From the NCBI GenBank assembly GCA_965248435.1, contig OZ252100.1:1088001-1152000 (forward strand): a stretch of 64,000 bases of DNA. The letters are read 5' to 3'. The notes beneath the pieces are model-generated. The model made no database searches. It saw only the letters and a list, made by a program, of their open reading frames with translations, and had not been told where the DNA came from. Shown piece after piece: positions 30,508 through 41,700 of this stretch. The DNA comes from Candidatus Latescibacterota bacterium (GTDB lineage: Bacteria > Latescibacterota > UBA2968 > GCA-2709665). Every line of letters starts with the position of its first letter. Positions within the stretch are counted from its first letter, which is position 1. The position numbers and the translations under genes were made by a program.

Positions 30508-31974
30508 CTAAAACGCCTGCTCCATAACCAGCCCTACCAGCGCCTTCTCTTCGGCGCTGTGCCCCACTCGGATCTTGCCCAGGAGCCCGATCTCGGTTCG
30601 GAGGGAGATTCCTCCTCCCCACGATGTTCGAAAACCGCCTCCCTCGATCTCATCAAAATCGTCAAATATCTGGGTCTCATCCCAGAAAACGAACGCGTTC
30701 CAGGTATCCCAGATCGGGTACCGGTATTCTACGCTGAAGAGCAGTGCCCCCTGACCCCTGAAGTACCCCCTGCGGTATCCACGGGCCGAGGTGCTGCCCC
30801 CTAAAAGCACAAGATCGGTATATGGAATCGCGTTGTCATCCGCACTGCTCACCTTCTCCAGTCTGGCACGAAGCGCGAGGATCCTGTCCCGCCAGAACAG
30901 GGTCACATACCGCGACAGCTCAGCCGCGATCCGGGTGAACTTCACCTCCTCCGACCCGCTCACCCACTCCGCTTCCGCCGCAATCAATCCCCCTCCCTCT
31001 GGATACCCCAGATCCCTGTAGGAATGGTAGAGCCCGTTCGAATAAGTCAACACCCGCCCCGGCAGTACATAGTTCAGCGGGAGCAAGATTTCCTGAACTG
31101 GCCGCTTATGGTCCCGGTCGTCATAGGCGACACGCCCCCCGAACCGGTAGAGATCGATCTGCAGGCCCAACCCGTTCAGCGCGTTTGCCCGAGCCGTTGA
31201 TCCCGGGTGAGTCAGCGGGCCTGGAGGCCCCTCCCGCTGCCGCAGGTCACGCCGTCCGTAGCCCGCCCAGACGTCGATGATGAAATTGCGTTTGTGAGTC
31301 GCCAGATCGCCCGCATTCAGCCGCCAGCCCAGCGTAGTCCGGATGTCCGCTCGCTCGATCTGGTAGAGTCGGATGTCGTCTTCCCGAACGGCTGCGTTGA
31401 CCGTGGCGCTGCGGTTGCGCGTTCGTAGGTATTCCCCTTCGAACTTCCACACGAAACTGCTGCCAAGCAGGCTCGGGTCCAGATACACCCCCCCTGCCAT
31501 TTGCCCACGTCCTCCCGCGTAGATGAAGAAGCCTTGGAACTGCTTTCCGTTTCCCCAAAGGTCGGTGTGGAACAGGCGAGCGCCTCCGCCCGACCCGGTC
31601 TCTCCTCCAAGCTGAACCTGTGGGAAAACTCCAAACGTGCCCGCTTCGTTCGTGAAGAATTCAGAAAATTTTTCCGCGAGCTTGCCTCGTTCCGCGCGAA
31701 TGGCAAGCATTCCCAAGGGAATGAACAGCGAAGAGTAGACGGTTCGGGGCAGAGCCAGCAGGAAGTTTGGCGATGGGGAACGATACACATCGGCACTGTC
31801 AACTTGCCCAGCCTTCGAGATGTCGTAGGGGCTATGTCGCGTCAATGATCCTGTGGAGTTGTGCAGGTGGAGGGAGTCTGCAGAACTGCTATCGGCGTCA
31901 AGGGGTGAAGGAAGGACGAGCGCCTGCCCCAACAAGACACCTGAAATACACATCGGGATCCAAATTTGCTTCAT
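30508..31974 (-). CDS. Omp85 (BamA/TamA family) outer membrane beta-barrel, apparently lacking POTRA domains
   Basis: Signal peptide; 'LLGGSTSARGYRRGYFRG', 'SVEYRYPI', terminal Phe. Confidence 0.82.
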   Translation of the reverse strand: MKQIWIPMCISGVLLGQALVLPSPLDADSSSADSLHLHNSTGSLTRHSPYDISKAGQVDSADVYRSPSPNFLLALPRTVYSSLFIPLGMLAIRAERGKLAEKFSEFFTNEAGTFGVFPQVQLGGETGSGGGARLFHTDLWGNGKQFQGFFIYAGGRGQMAGGVYLDPSLLGSSFVWKFEGEYLRTRNRSATVNAAVREDDIRLYQIERADIRTTLGWRLNAGDLATHKRNFIIDVWAGYGRRDLRQREGPPGPLTHPGSTARANALNGLGLQIDLYRFGGRVAYDDRDHKRPVQEILLPLNYVLPGRVLTYSNGLYHSYRDLGYPEGGGLIAAEAEWVSGSEEVKFTRIAAELSRYVTLFWRDRILALRARLEKVSSADDNAIPYTDLVLLGGSTSARGYRRGYFRGQGALLFSVEYRYPIWDTWNAFVFWDETQIFDDFDEIEGGGFRTSWGGGISLRTEIGLLGKIRVGHSAEEKALVGLVMEQAF

Positions 31975-32075
31975 CCGGCCACCCAAAACGCGCTTTCAAC
32001 TTTCAAGATCAAACGCTTAACTCCGTCAAGACGCAAGCCGGCACATCCAAATCACTCGACCAGAGACCTTTACGC

Positions 32076-32791
32076 TCACGGAGCAAAGACCTGAACCCGG
32101 TTGTTAAACACGTCGGCTACGTAGATTCGACCCTGCGAGTCCAGTGCGATTCCTGCCAGCGACTCGAGACCTGCGTCCACTGGAAAGAAGGGGGAAAGGC
32201 CGGAAAACTGAAACACCCCCTCCTCTGTACCGAAATCACCCCACTCGGTGAGTAACTCGCCGTCCGAAAACACTTTCACTTCAGACTGGATCGCGTCGAT
32301 CACGAAGATGCGACCATCTTCACTGACGCGGAATCGACGATAAATCCTCGCATCTTCAAGGGCTTCAGACACCCATATGAGATCCTCTGCGACGGCCAAG
32401 TTGAAGGCAGCCGAGGGATCCTCGGCCTGAAATCCATATTCTCCAACCCGGATTCGCTCGTGCCCCACCTGGGAGCAGGTCGCCTCTGCAAGCCGGACGA
32501 AGAACTCCCGATCATCGGAAACGCCTGCCATAGCCTGCATGTCGACGAAGATGGGAAGAAACCGACACCGAGCCGACCGTTCAGGATCTGGAATAGGATG
32601 GATGTCTTCCCGCTCCGCCGTTCGCCGACGAAGAGGAGGACGCACCCCTCAGTTTCCGCGACCAATCGCTAACGGGCATAGGCGAAATCCTCCTCACGCC
32701 CGAAGAACAGGTTCGGGTCGCGGACTGGATTGCCCGTGATGAACGGATTCGGGGAAATGGGAGTAAATTCGGTCGTGTCTTCAGATCCCAT
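32076..32791 (-). pseudogene. Degraded chimera: AAA/STAND-like ATPase N-terminus joined to an NHL-repeat C-terminus
   Basis: 'NPFITGNPV...FFGRE', in-frame TAG at 32669-32671, Walker A 'GERRSGKTS', frameshift near 32558, then 'GIALDSQGRIYVADVFNNRVQVF'. Confidence 0.78.
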
Positions 32792-32829
32792 GGCCAGGCC
32801 TTTGCAAAAGCCCCTTTCTGAAAACCAGA

Positions 32830-32899
32830 AGAGCCCAACTGGAATCGATCCCGCCGGGCTCTGTCACATTGCTTATGTATGGTGGCCCCGAGGAGAGTC
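32830..32899. repeat. att-like junction 1: conserved hairpin + degenerate tRNA-Glu 3' end
   Basis: Hairpin 32830-32862 (loop ctggaatcgatccc); tggtggccccgaggagagtc at 32880-32899 matches 44953-44972 at 18/20. Confidence 0.78.
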
Positions 32900-33001
32900 C
32901 AAGGGAAAGCAACGCTTAAAGGACTCGTGTATCAGCTAGAAATCCAGCCAACCCGTCTCGACGCCGCACTCCCTCAAGTCATCTCCGCTTCTATTAATCA
33001 A

Positions 33002-33868
33002 TCATACCTCCACAACCATTCCATCATAAGCCAGAACGACGCCCCTCCGGGCCATATCCTCGACAATATCCTCGTGGGGTCCGACCTGCCTCAGGCTGAT
33101 GTGCGAGCCTACGATAGCCGTATCGCTACTGATAATCCCCGCTTGGCTAAGCTCAGAAATGGTGTGTTTAACCATGGAAAAATTCTGGTGCCCGGAGCGG
33201 GCCGGGTCGATCTCTAGATCCCCGAAGGTCGCATCGAATACGGCCAGATCCACCTGAAATCGGCGCAGGTAGTCCAGAGTCAGCGGTAGAATATAAGAGG
33301 AATCCAGGCCGTAAAAAACCGTTTTCCCGCCGCGCTCGAAGACATAATTCAGGGCCCGCTGCTCCCTGATCGTGTACTGCTTGTTGATGCAGTGATTGGC
33401 GTCCACTGCCGTGACCGTGGTGTCCCCAACCTCAAAACGCTCCTCCGGCCGAACCAGGTGGAAGTCGACATTTGGCTCGCTCCTCCGAGCGCAGAACCTC
33501 TTGATGCTCTCCTTCCACTCATAGCTCGCCGCAAACTCCAGAGCATCCCCCACCATCCCGTTGCCGTAGATCTGGAGCGTATGGCGCAGACGAGCGGCAA
33601 ATTCCAGAATGGCGACCGGCTGGAAATGATCCTGGTGTCCGTGAGTGATCAACAGGTGCCGGATCGTATCCCCGTTGACGCCGAATTTTCTTAACTGACG
33701 GTCGTCGTAGAAGTCTATCGAAATGTCTGGGGAAATCATGACAGAGGACGCTCGGCGCAGGTTCTTACCCCCGAGTTGCCGAGCCCGGACCAAGTGCTTG
33801 CTTTGGTCCTCCAGATCGTCCAGGAGGTGGAAATCGCCAGCCCCGGTGCCTAGAAACAGGAGCTTCAC
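33002..33868 (-). CDS. MBL-fold metallo-hydrolase (PhnP-like)
   Basis: 'LLFLGTGA', 'LITHGHQDH', 'ANH', 'DAT', 'SH', 'AYDGM'. Confidence 0.85.
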   Translation of the reverse strand: MKLLFLGTGAGDFHLLDDLEDQSKHLVRARQLGGKNLRRASSVMISPDISIDFYDDRQLRKFGVNGDTIRHLLITHGHQDHFQPVAILEFAARLRHTLQIYGNGMVGDALEFAASYEWKESIKRFCARRSEPNVDFHLVRPEERFEVGDTTVTAVDANHCINKQYTIREQRALNYVFERGGKTVFYGLDSSYILPLTLDYLRRFQVDLAVFDATFGDLEIDPARSGHQNFSMVKHTISELSQAGIISSDTAIVGSHISLRQVGPHEDIVEDMARRGVVLAYDGMVVEV

Positions 33869-33934
33869 GCTGTCCTCGAACCGGTCATAGCGCCCGGGCT
33901 CTGCAATCCCGAAACGTCGGCGAACGCAAGGTGC

Positions 33935-35887
33935 TCAAACTGAATGGTCGTCCTCCTTCAGATACTGGCGCAGCCAGTTAATTACGCGCTCGGCCATGTC
34001 CCGTACATGAGCTCGCTCGATGACTCCGTGGGGCTCTCGCGGGTAGACGATCAGCTCGACGGGTATGCCCTTGTCCTTCAGGGCGCGATAGAAGAGATAC
34101 GATTGCTCCACCGGTACGTCTTCGTCCACCTCGCCGTGGAGAATCAGGGTCGGCGTCTGCAGATTGTCGTAGTAGGACAGGGGTGAGAATCGTGTGTATC
34201 GCCCCTCGGCCTCGTAGGGACTGGCCTGGTAGTAGAGCTGGTCCCACGCCGGCAGGCAGCTCTTCCCGTGGAAGCTGAGCCAGTGCGAAATGCCGGCGCC
34301 CATCACCACGGTTCGGAAACGGTCGGTCTGCGACACCGCCCAGGCCGCTATGAAGCCTCCGTAGGACCAGCCGGAAAGGGCCAGTCGATCGGCGTCGGCG
34401 ATACCCGTCCCGATCAGCGAGTCAATACCCAGCATCATGTCCTCGAAGTCCTTGCCGCCCATGTCGCCGAGGTTGCTCTCGGAAAACTTCCGCCCCCAGC
34501 CGACGGAGCCGCGGTAGTTGGGCATGAACACGGCGTAGCCCTCGTTGGCCATCAGCTGGGCCCAGCCGCTGGCGGCGTAGTAACGCGAGCCACTCACACC
34601 GCTCGGCCCTCCGTGCACGCTCATCACCAGCGGGTAGCGCTTGCCGACCTCGTACCCCACCGGCTTTATCAGCAGGCCCTGCATCTTCTCTCCGTCGGCG
34701 CCCATCCATTCGTGGACGTCGGTCTCGCCGATGTCGATATCGGCGCTCTGCGGGTGCAGATTCGTGAGCTGAGTCCACTCGAGGGCGCTGTCCGCCGGGC
34801 GCCCGATCCACACGTCCAGCGGATTTTCGGCGTCCTCCAGCACCACGGCGAGGTCGCCGTTCTCGGCGTGGGAAAAGCGTGGCCAGTTCGCAATGGAGAC
34901 GGCGGCCTGCTGCCACCACAGACTGCTCCGCTCGCCGTCGGCGACACGGATCCGGTAGATCCCCGTGCCGCCCCGCTCGTGACCGATCGTCTGCAGCTCG
35001 CAACCGTCGGGCGACCAGGCCAGCCAGCCGATGCCGGCGACCATGCCCTCGGTGAGGTTGCGCGCCTCCCCTCCGGGCTCGAGCAGCCACGCGTCTCCGG
35101 CCACACACCCCCGATCACTCCAGGTCGAGGAGATGAAGGCCAGTTGCTCGCCGCTGGGCGACCACAGCGGTAGCGCCGCCTGGCACTCCGATTGCCACAG
35201 GGTCTCAACATCGCCGCCCAGATCGAAGCGCACCAGGCGGTTGCCGTACCAGGCGGATTCCGTGGGCAGATCGGACGCCACGGCTGCGATCTCCGATCCA
35301 CTCGGATGCCAGGCGAATTCCCAGATCTGCACCCCCGCCGTCGGTGAGGCACAGCACACTTCCCCTGTCGCCACCTCTACCGTCCACAGCCGCACGTATT
35401 TCAGATTCTGCTCGAAGGTGATAGCGTCGTCTTTGTCTTCGCGCCGCTGTCGCTCCTCGTCGGTCTCCGGGTCTTCCATCAGGAAGCCCAGAGCGCTTCC
35501 ATCCGGCGACCACTGCAGCGCGCTGAGACCTCGCGGCGAGGAGATCTCGCCCTTTATCTCGGTCAGGGCGATGGCTTCGCCGCCGCCGGCCGGGAGCAGA
35601 AACACCTGCCGCTGGCCCTCCTGCAGACGATCGGACAGAAAGGCCACTTGACGGCCGTCCGGCGACCAGCGGGGCAATGAATCGGTCCGCGGTCCGGCAG
35701 TGAGCTGGATCGCTGGCCCTCCCGCTGTACTCACCGTCCAGATGGTGGACCTGGGCCACTTGCTGTCCAACTTGAAGGAATCCCCGACTGTGAAGGCGAC
35801 CCGCGTTCCGTCGGGAGAGATCTGCGCGTCTTCGACACTCTTGAACGACAGTACATCTTCGGTTGTGAGAGGACGCCTTGAAAGCAT
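33935..35887 (-). CDS. S9 family peptidase (acylaminoacyl-peptidase / dipeptidyl aminopeptidase-like)
   Basis: WSPDG propeller repeats, 'VHGGP', 'NYRGS.G.G', 'GWSYGG', 'HGEVDEDVP', 'YPREPH'. Confidence 0.93.
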   Translation of the reverse strand: MLSRRPLTTEDVLSFKSVEDAQISPDGTRVAFTVGDSFKLDSKWPRSTIWTVSTAGGPAIQLTAGPRTDSLPRWSPDGRQVAFLSDRLQEGQRQVFLLPAGGGEAIALTEIKGEISSPRGLSALQWSPDGSALGFLMEDPETDEERQRREDKDDAITFEQNLKYVRLWTVEVATGEVCCASPTAGVQIWEFAWHPSGSEIAAVASDLPTESAWYGNRLVRFDLGGDVETLWQSECQAALPLWSPSGEQLAFISSTWSDRGCVAGDAWLLEPGGEARNLTEGMVAGIGWLAWSPDGCELQTIGHERGGTGIYRIRVADGERSSLWWQQAAVSIANWPRFSHAENGDLAVVLEDAENPLDVWIGRPADSALEWTQLTNLHPQSADIDIGETDVHEWMGADGEKMQGLLIKPVGYEVGKRYPLVMSVHGGPSGVSGSRYYAASGWAQLMANEGYAVFMPNYRGSVGWGRKFSESNLGDMGGKDFEDMMLGIDSLIGTGIADADRLALSGWSYGGFIAAWAVSQTDRFRTVVMGAGISHWLSFHGKSCLPAWDQLYYQASPYEAEGRYTRFSPLSYYDNLQTPTLILHGEVDEDVPVEQSYLFYRALKDKGIPVELIVYPREPHGVIERAHVRDMAERVINWLRQYLKEDDHSV

Positions 35888-36187
35888 GGAAGGTCCCTGT
35901 GTGAAGTTTGAGGAGCAGAGGCTTACGGGCACCCGCTATCTCGGGTCCGTGGGTCAGTTGACGAGGTGGGCGGACTTCATCGACACCCCCAAATATGTAC
36001 AGGGGTACACACGGTAAAACACTGCAGGACGACTGTGTCCCCACCAGTCCCAAAGTGAAGCCCGATCGCACGAGCAAAGCCTGCGACCGGTCACAAAACC
36101 TTCCCCTTTGCTGCGGTCTCTAGGTATCCAACGCAAAGCTCCTTGCAAACCCACTGCCGAACTCTCCGACACGCTCCAACCCGCGCC

Positions 36188-38032
36188 TTACCAGTAGATC
36201 CGCTCTCTCGAGACGAACCGTTCGATCTTCTGCCAGCGGGTGCTGTCGCGTCGATAATGGTCCCGTTGGTACAATGGACAGAGCCGCCCCGGCGGATCGA
36301 TGGCGACCACATCATTGCCCTTCCGCACCAGCGTGAACTTTTCCTTCTCGATCCACACCTCATCGGTCCGCTCCGCAATGGGGAAGGTCATCGTCGCCAC
36401 ATCCCCTGGTTTCACCTCGCCCACCTCCGCATAGCGACCATCCCGACCCACTGGACGATCATTGCCGTTCAACTGCAGTCTCACTTCATCGTGCTTCACC
36501 CACTCCGGGATGCGAATCGACAGCTCTACTGACTCCTTAATTCTCACATCCACCTGCCCTACGTAGGGGACGTGGCTATCAACATCCGCCCAGGGAGAGG
36601 CGCGATTCAGAAGCAGGTTCAGCCGCAACTTGCCAGAATCATGGGTCAAGATATTCTCCCACACGTAATAGAGGGCTCGACTGCCGGTTCCCGTGCAGCA
36701 GTGCATTATACCGTTGCCAACGCCTTCGTACCAGTCGTTGGCCTTGGGCCATCCTCCAAAGGCGCCGATGTTTCGCTCTATCACCCGCTCCGTGGTTTGA
36801 CCCATCGGATCCACTTCCGAGCGGGGCTGTCCCGCCGAATAGCGCCTGAGCCAATCGCCCTTCGCGGGCGTCAACTGCATTTCCACGAGCATGTTCCGCA
36901 CCCAACGATCCACGTCGTCGAGATAGTCTCCCACACCGGCCTCGGTCAGCTTCAGGCCCAGGGCGATCATGGTGGCCACCTCACAGATCTCGGAATGCTG
37001 CAGGTGCGGTGATCCTATAGTCTCCGGGAAATACCCGGTGAGCATTTCGCCGTTGGCCATGCCGTACTGAAAACCCCGGTGGGCGAAATCGATCATCTCC
37101 TGGTCTCCGCTGAGCATGCCATACTCCAGCATGGCCTGCAGACCGATGGCATGGTGATAGAAATGAGCTGTCGGTCTTTCCAAGGGACGGTCGGGCAAGA
37201 AGGTGCCGTCTGGAGCGAAGTGGTTGTTATGGTCCTTCAAATGGCGGCACAACTTGCCTGCCAGTTCCAGGGCCGGCTCGTAGTTCAGGGCCCGATACGC
37301 CTGCGCCAGCCCCACGGCGACCCAGCCGCCAAAGCTGCCCAGAAACGGACCGGGTATTTCTGCGTTCGGGTCTGTCTCCTCTCCCGGCAGAAAAATCGCC
37401 TGTGGGCAGTAAGCGTAATCTTCTCGCTCGATGGCACGCGCAGCCAGGGCATCGACCAGACGCTCGACAACCGACCGCCATACGTCACTACTGTCCCGAA
37501 GCGCGTAGAGGCTCAACGCACCCAGGGCACATCCGCAGTCAGCGGGAAGGGTAAGATGGTCCGCAGCCAAAGTGCGCTCGAGGTCATCATACTTGTCCAG
37601 ACGAACACGTGCCCACGGCCGGCCCCTTGTGGGCATGTAGAGCAGGCCGTCCGGCCCCTGCATGCGCAGGATCACCTCCATCCAGCGCCGCTCCACGTGC
37701 TCGTTCACGTCCGAGCCGCTCACGAGACGCACGAGTTGAAGCGACTCCATGAACTTCCACTGATTTTCGTGATCCCAGCATTGGTGCCGCATCATCGGCG
37801 GATTATGATTCAAGGTGGCGAGGAAATACAGTTCATAATCCGCGTCTGGATCGGTGGGGCCGGTGAGCCCACTTACCGCGAGTGCGGCCCGCTCCTGAAG
37901 ATCCAGGGTATCCGGCACCTGCGCCTCGTAACGCTCCCCGTTGCGGGCGGGAAGCTGAAACTCGGGGATGTCCGGACGGATATAAGCTATGGGGTCCCCT
38001 TGCCTCAGTTGCGTATTAGGCCTATCGCTCAT
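36188..38032 (-). CDS. (alpha/alpha)6-barrel protein, GH127/GH146-like glycoside hydrolase
   Basis: 'HSEICEVA' and 'MHCCTGTG' resemble the GH127 E-x-C and CC Zn/catalytic motifs; 'LSIRIPEWV' C-terminal sandwich. Confidence 0.62.
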   Translation of the reverse strand: MSDRPNTQLRQGDPIAYIRPDIPEFQLPARNGERYEAQVPDTLDLQERAALAVSGLTGPTDPDADYELYFLATLNHNPPMMRHQCWDHENQWKFMESLQLVRLVSGSDVNEHVERRWMEVILRMQGPDGLLYMPTRGRPWARVRLDKYDDLERTLAADHLTLPADCGCALGALSLYALRDSSDVWRSVVERLVDALAARAIEREDYAYCPQAIFLPGEETDPNAEIPGPFLGSFGGWVAVGLAQAYRALNYEPALELAGKLCRHLKDHNNHFAPDGTFLPDRPLERPTAHFYHHAIGLQAMLEYGMLSGDQEMIDFAHRGFQYGMANGEMLTGYFPETIGSPHLQHSEICEVATMIALGLKLTEAGVGDYLDDVDRWVRNMLVEMQLTPAKGDWLRRYSAGQPRSEVDPMGQTTERVIERNIGAFGGWPKANDWYEGVGNGIMHCCTGTGSRALYYVWENILTHDSGKLRLNLLLNRASPWADVDSHVPYVGQVDVRIKESVELSIRIPEWVKHDEVRLQLNGNDRPVGRDGRYAEVGEVKPGDVATMTFPIAERTDEVWIEKEKFTLVRKGNDVVAIDPPGRLCPLYQRDHYRRDSTRWQKIERFVSRERIYW

Positions 38033-38304
38033 GGCATTGTCCCCTCCTCTTTTTCGTCTCCCGTAAATTAAAAGTATCTTTAAATCTAACGACTCATCGG
38101 GCAAACAACGGTGGAACCGACTGTATCCTTGAGTATGGAAAATGGCTGCCGCAACGACGGAGATCGAGGGTCTGATAGTGGGCTTCGCCACGTGTTTCGA
38201 GCCCGACTGTGTCACGCCGGTCGATCTGCGCCTGTATGGAATGCTTATACAATGTACTCCAAATGAATATCACCGAAATCCGCATCCTCAGGGAGAAAAA
38301 AGGG

Positions 38305-38368
38305 AAAGTCCTGCTGGAATCGAATCCCGCAGGACTTTTAGAGCCTTGTTTTTGGTGACCCCGAGGGG
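38305..38368. repeat. att-like junction 2: conserved hairpin + tRNA-Glu 3' end
   Basis: Hairpin aaagtcctgc-tggaatcgaatccc-gcaggacttt at 38305-38338; tggtgaccccgagggg at 38353-38368 is an exact 16-bp match. Confidence 0.85.
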
Positions 38369-38791
38369 TCACGCACAAGTCGCAAACACTTTTGGGGACC
38401 TCTACGCGCTGGAGAAAACGGGCTTCCTGTACGTCGGACCTGCGTGTCGGCAGGCAGCATGAGGCTAGGACTGGATTTTCCGCTCAAAGGAGGGTAGGTA
38501 GCCCCGGTTTCGCAAGCGCACAAAGATAGCCTCCACACGTGCAAATTCCCAGAACAAAAAGGCATCCTCGCGAATTACTACCTCTGAACCGCATTCGCCT
38601 GCACGAGCGACTCACTCCTGATTCGCGTTCCAAGACACACCTTGCAACCCTCATCCTACCTGCATATCTTACCGTAAATTAGTGACTTCATGCTCCGAGG
38701 CTGAAGACGGGACGAACAAATCGGACACCTGTTGAGGGGCACGCTTCGGAGAGAGGTGTGCCCGATTCTCGTGGAGATCTGGCTCTCTTCT

Positions 38792-41700
38792 ATGGTTACT
38801 TCTGTTCGCATATTGCTTGTAGGCTTCTGGATCTCCGGATTTGTCCTCTCAGTCGGAGCTGCGCCGGGGGACATCACCACCGTGGCCGGTGGAGGCGTCG
38901 GCGACGGGCGTCCAGCGACTAATGCGGGCTTGAATGTCCCTAGTAGGCCATTCTTGGATGCGGCGGGCAATCTCTATATCGCGGATACGTTTAATCATCG
39001 GATCCGGAAGGTGGATAGGTCAGGCACCATCACCACCGTGGCGGGAAACGGGTCCGCTGGTTTTTCCGGCGATGGGGGTCCTGCGACCCGTGCAAGCTTG
39101 AATAGACCCTTCGGAGTCTTCGTTGATGAGTCAGGCAATCTCTACATTGCGGATACGGACAATCACCGGATTCGCAAAGTAGATGCGTCGGGCATCATTA
39201 CCACCGTGGCAGGAACTCTCTTCTTTGGTTTTTCCGGCGATGGGGGTCCAGCGACCCGCGCAAGCTTGAATAGTCCTAACGGAGTCTCCGCGGATATGGC
39301 GGGTAATCTCTATATTGCCGAATTTGAAAATCACCGCATCCGCAAAGTGGATACGTCGGGCACCATCACCACCGTGGCGGGAGATGGGACCGCTGCTTAT
39401 TTCGGTGATGGGGGCCCCGCAACGGATGCGAGTTTGGGTTTTCCTTTTGACGTTTTCGTGGATATGTCAGGAAATCTTTACATTGCAGATACGGGCAATA
39501 ACCGAGTTCGCAAAGTGGATACGTCGGGGACCATCACTACCGTGGCAGGAAATGGGACCCATACTTATTTCGGTGATGGGGGCTCTGCAACGGATGCGAG
39601 TTTGGCTTTTCCTTATGGTGTATTCGTGGATCGTTCAGGCAATCTCTATATTGCGGATACGTTTAATAATCGGATTCGGAAAGTAGATCCGTCGGGCACT
39701 ATCACCACCGTAGCTGGAAGTGGGGACTCCTTTAGTCCTTTAGCCGATATAGGTCGTGCAATTACCTTTAACCTATGGGCGCCCAGAGGGATTTTCGGGG
39801 ACGGATCAGGCAATCTCTATATTGCGGATACGTTTAATCATCGGATTCGAAAGGTAGGCCCAGGAGGTGATATCAGCACTGTAGCTGGAGGTGGTTTTGT
39901 CGGCGATGGAAGTCCGGCGACCCACGCAGGCTTGTTCGGCCCTCAAGGCATATTCGTCGACGGGTCGGGAAATCTCTATATCGCCGATCGGGGAAACAAT
40001 CGGATTCGGAAGATAGATGGGACTGGCACGATCACCACCGTGGCGGGAAATGGAAGGATTCGTTTTCGCGGGGATGGAGGTCCGGCAACCAGTGGGAGGG
40101 TGTGGGAGCCTGGAGGCGTTTTCGGAGATCGATCAGGCAATCTCTATATTGCGGATACGTTTAATGATCGGATTCGGAAAGTAGATCCGTCGGGCACTAT
40201 CACCACCGTGGCGGGAAATGGGAACCCTACATTTTCTAGCGAGGGGGGGCCGGCGATCGGTGCAAGCTTGTTTGGTCCTTCTAGCGTTTTTGTAGATAGG
40301 TCAGGCAATCTCTATATTGCGGATACGTTTAATCATCGGATTCGCAAGGTACATCCCTCGGGCGCCATCACCATCATCACCACCGTGGCGGGAAATGGGA
40401 CCCGTGGTTTTTCCGGGGATGGGGGTCCCGCGATCCGTGCAAGTTTGACTTTTCCTTTCGACGTTTTCGTAGATGGGTTAGGCATCCTCTATATTGCGGA
40501 TAAAGACAATCACCGGGTTCGGAAGGTGGATGCGTCGGGGACGATCACCACCGTTGCGGGAAATGGGATCCCTAGTTTTTCCGGCGATGGAGGCCCGGCG
40601 ACGCGCGCGAGCTTGGTTGCACCCAATAGCCTCTTCGTAGATGGGTCGGGCAATCTCTTTATTGCGGATAGAGGCAACAACCGGATTCGGCGAGTGGAAG
40701 GCATTGCGGCACCTCCCAACTTGGTGGTGGGTGTTTTCGAGCCGCCAGCTCTCGTATCTTCCCTGCCGGGGCTTGGACCTGCTTCTCCGGGTGTAGGGCC
40801 AACGCTTTCCGGTCCGCTTCCCATCCTCGGCCCGGGGCTGAACGATCCGCAGGAGGCGGGCACCATTCGAACTATCGCGGGAGGCGATGTTGGTGATGGC
40901 CGGGGCGCCCTGGAGGCAAACCTCCTTTTTCCAAACGATGTTGTTACCGACCAGGAGGGCAACCTCTACATCTCTAGCGGGAGCAACAACCGGGTGCGCC
41001 GCGTCGATGCCCTCACCGGTCTGATCAGCACCGTCGCAGGAACCGGCATCCGCGGCTTCTCCGGCGACGGAGGCAGCGCCGTAGACGCCAAACTTGCTTT
41101 CAATGTTGGTCTTGCCATCGACAGTGCCAGCAACCTCTTCCTTGCGGATGCCGCCAACCACCGCATCCGCCGGGTAGATGCTCAAACAAGCATTATTACA
41201 ACGGTCGCCGGAACAGGTGAGCCCGGCTTCTCCGGGGATGAGGGACCGGCAGTCAATGCGCAACTTTTGTTCCCGGAGGACATAGCTGTAGATCGCGCAG
41301 GAAATCTTTTCATCGCTGACAGGAGCAACCATCGTGTCCGGATGGTCGATTCATCTACCGGACAGATCGTCACTGTAGCAGGCAACGGGGCCCCAGGGTT
41401 TGCGGGAGACGGAGGGCATGCGCTCGCTGCACAGATAGAAGTCCCCGAGAGAATCGCCGTCGATAATTCGGGAAATCTCTATGTCTCAACGGGCAGCCGC
41501 ATCCGCCGCATCGATGCAAAGACGGGCACCGTGACCACAGTCGCGGGCACTACCACCGGCTTTTCCGGAGACGGTGGCCCGGCAACGGAAGCGCAATTCA
41601 GCGACTCTCAGAGAATTGCTATAGACGCACAGGGCAACATCTTCGTGGCGGATCAGGGCAATCACCGCATCCGGAAAGTCGATGCCCAGAGCGGGATTGT

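Noticed and set aside
32669-32671. Pyrrolysine or stop-codon readthrough at the in-frame TAG
   Set aside because: The same gene also has a frameshift and a truncation; TAG is a normal stop elsewhere in the window
34268-36077. Long overlapping alternative ORFs in the S9 peptidase region (also 43357-44346, 37079-38071, 22988-23887)
   Set aside because: Shadow ORFs of GC-rich genes with no recognisable motifs
38142-38352. Integrase C-terminal remnant reading into junction 2
   Set aside because: The frame is open but shows no recognisable recombinase motif; kept only as context for the att findings
38461-38775. Possible riboswitch upstream of the NHL gene
   Set aside because: Hairpins and a TTGCAA-N17-TATCTT promoter-like site are present, but no match to c-di-GMP, TPP, SAM, cobalamin or other cores I can recognise
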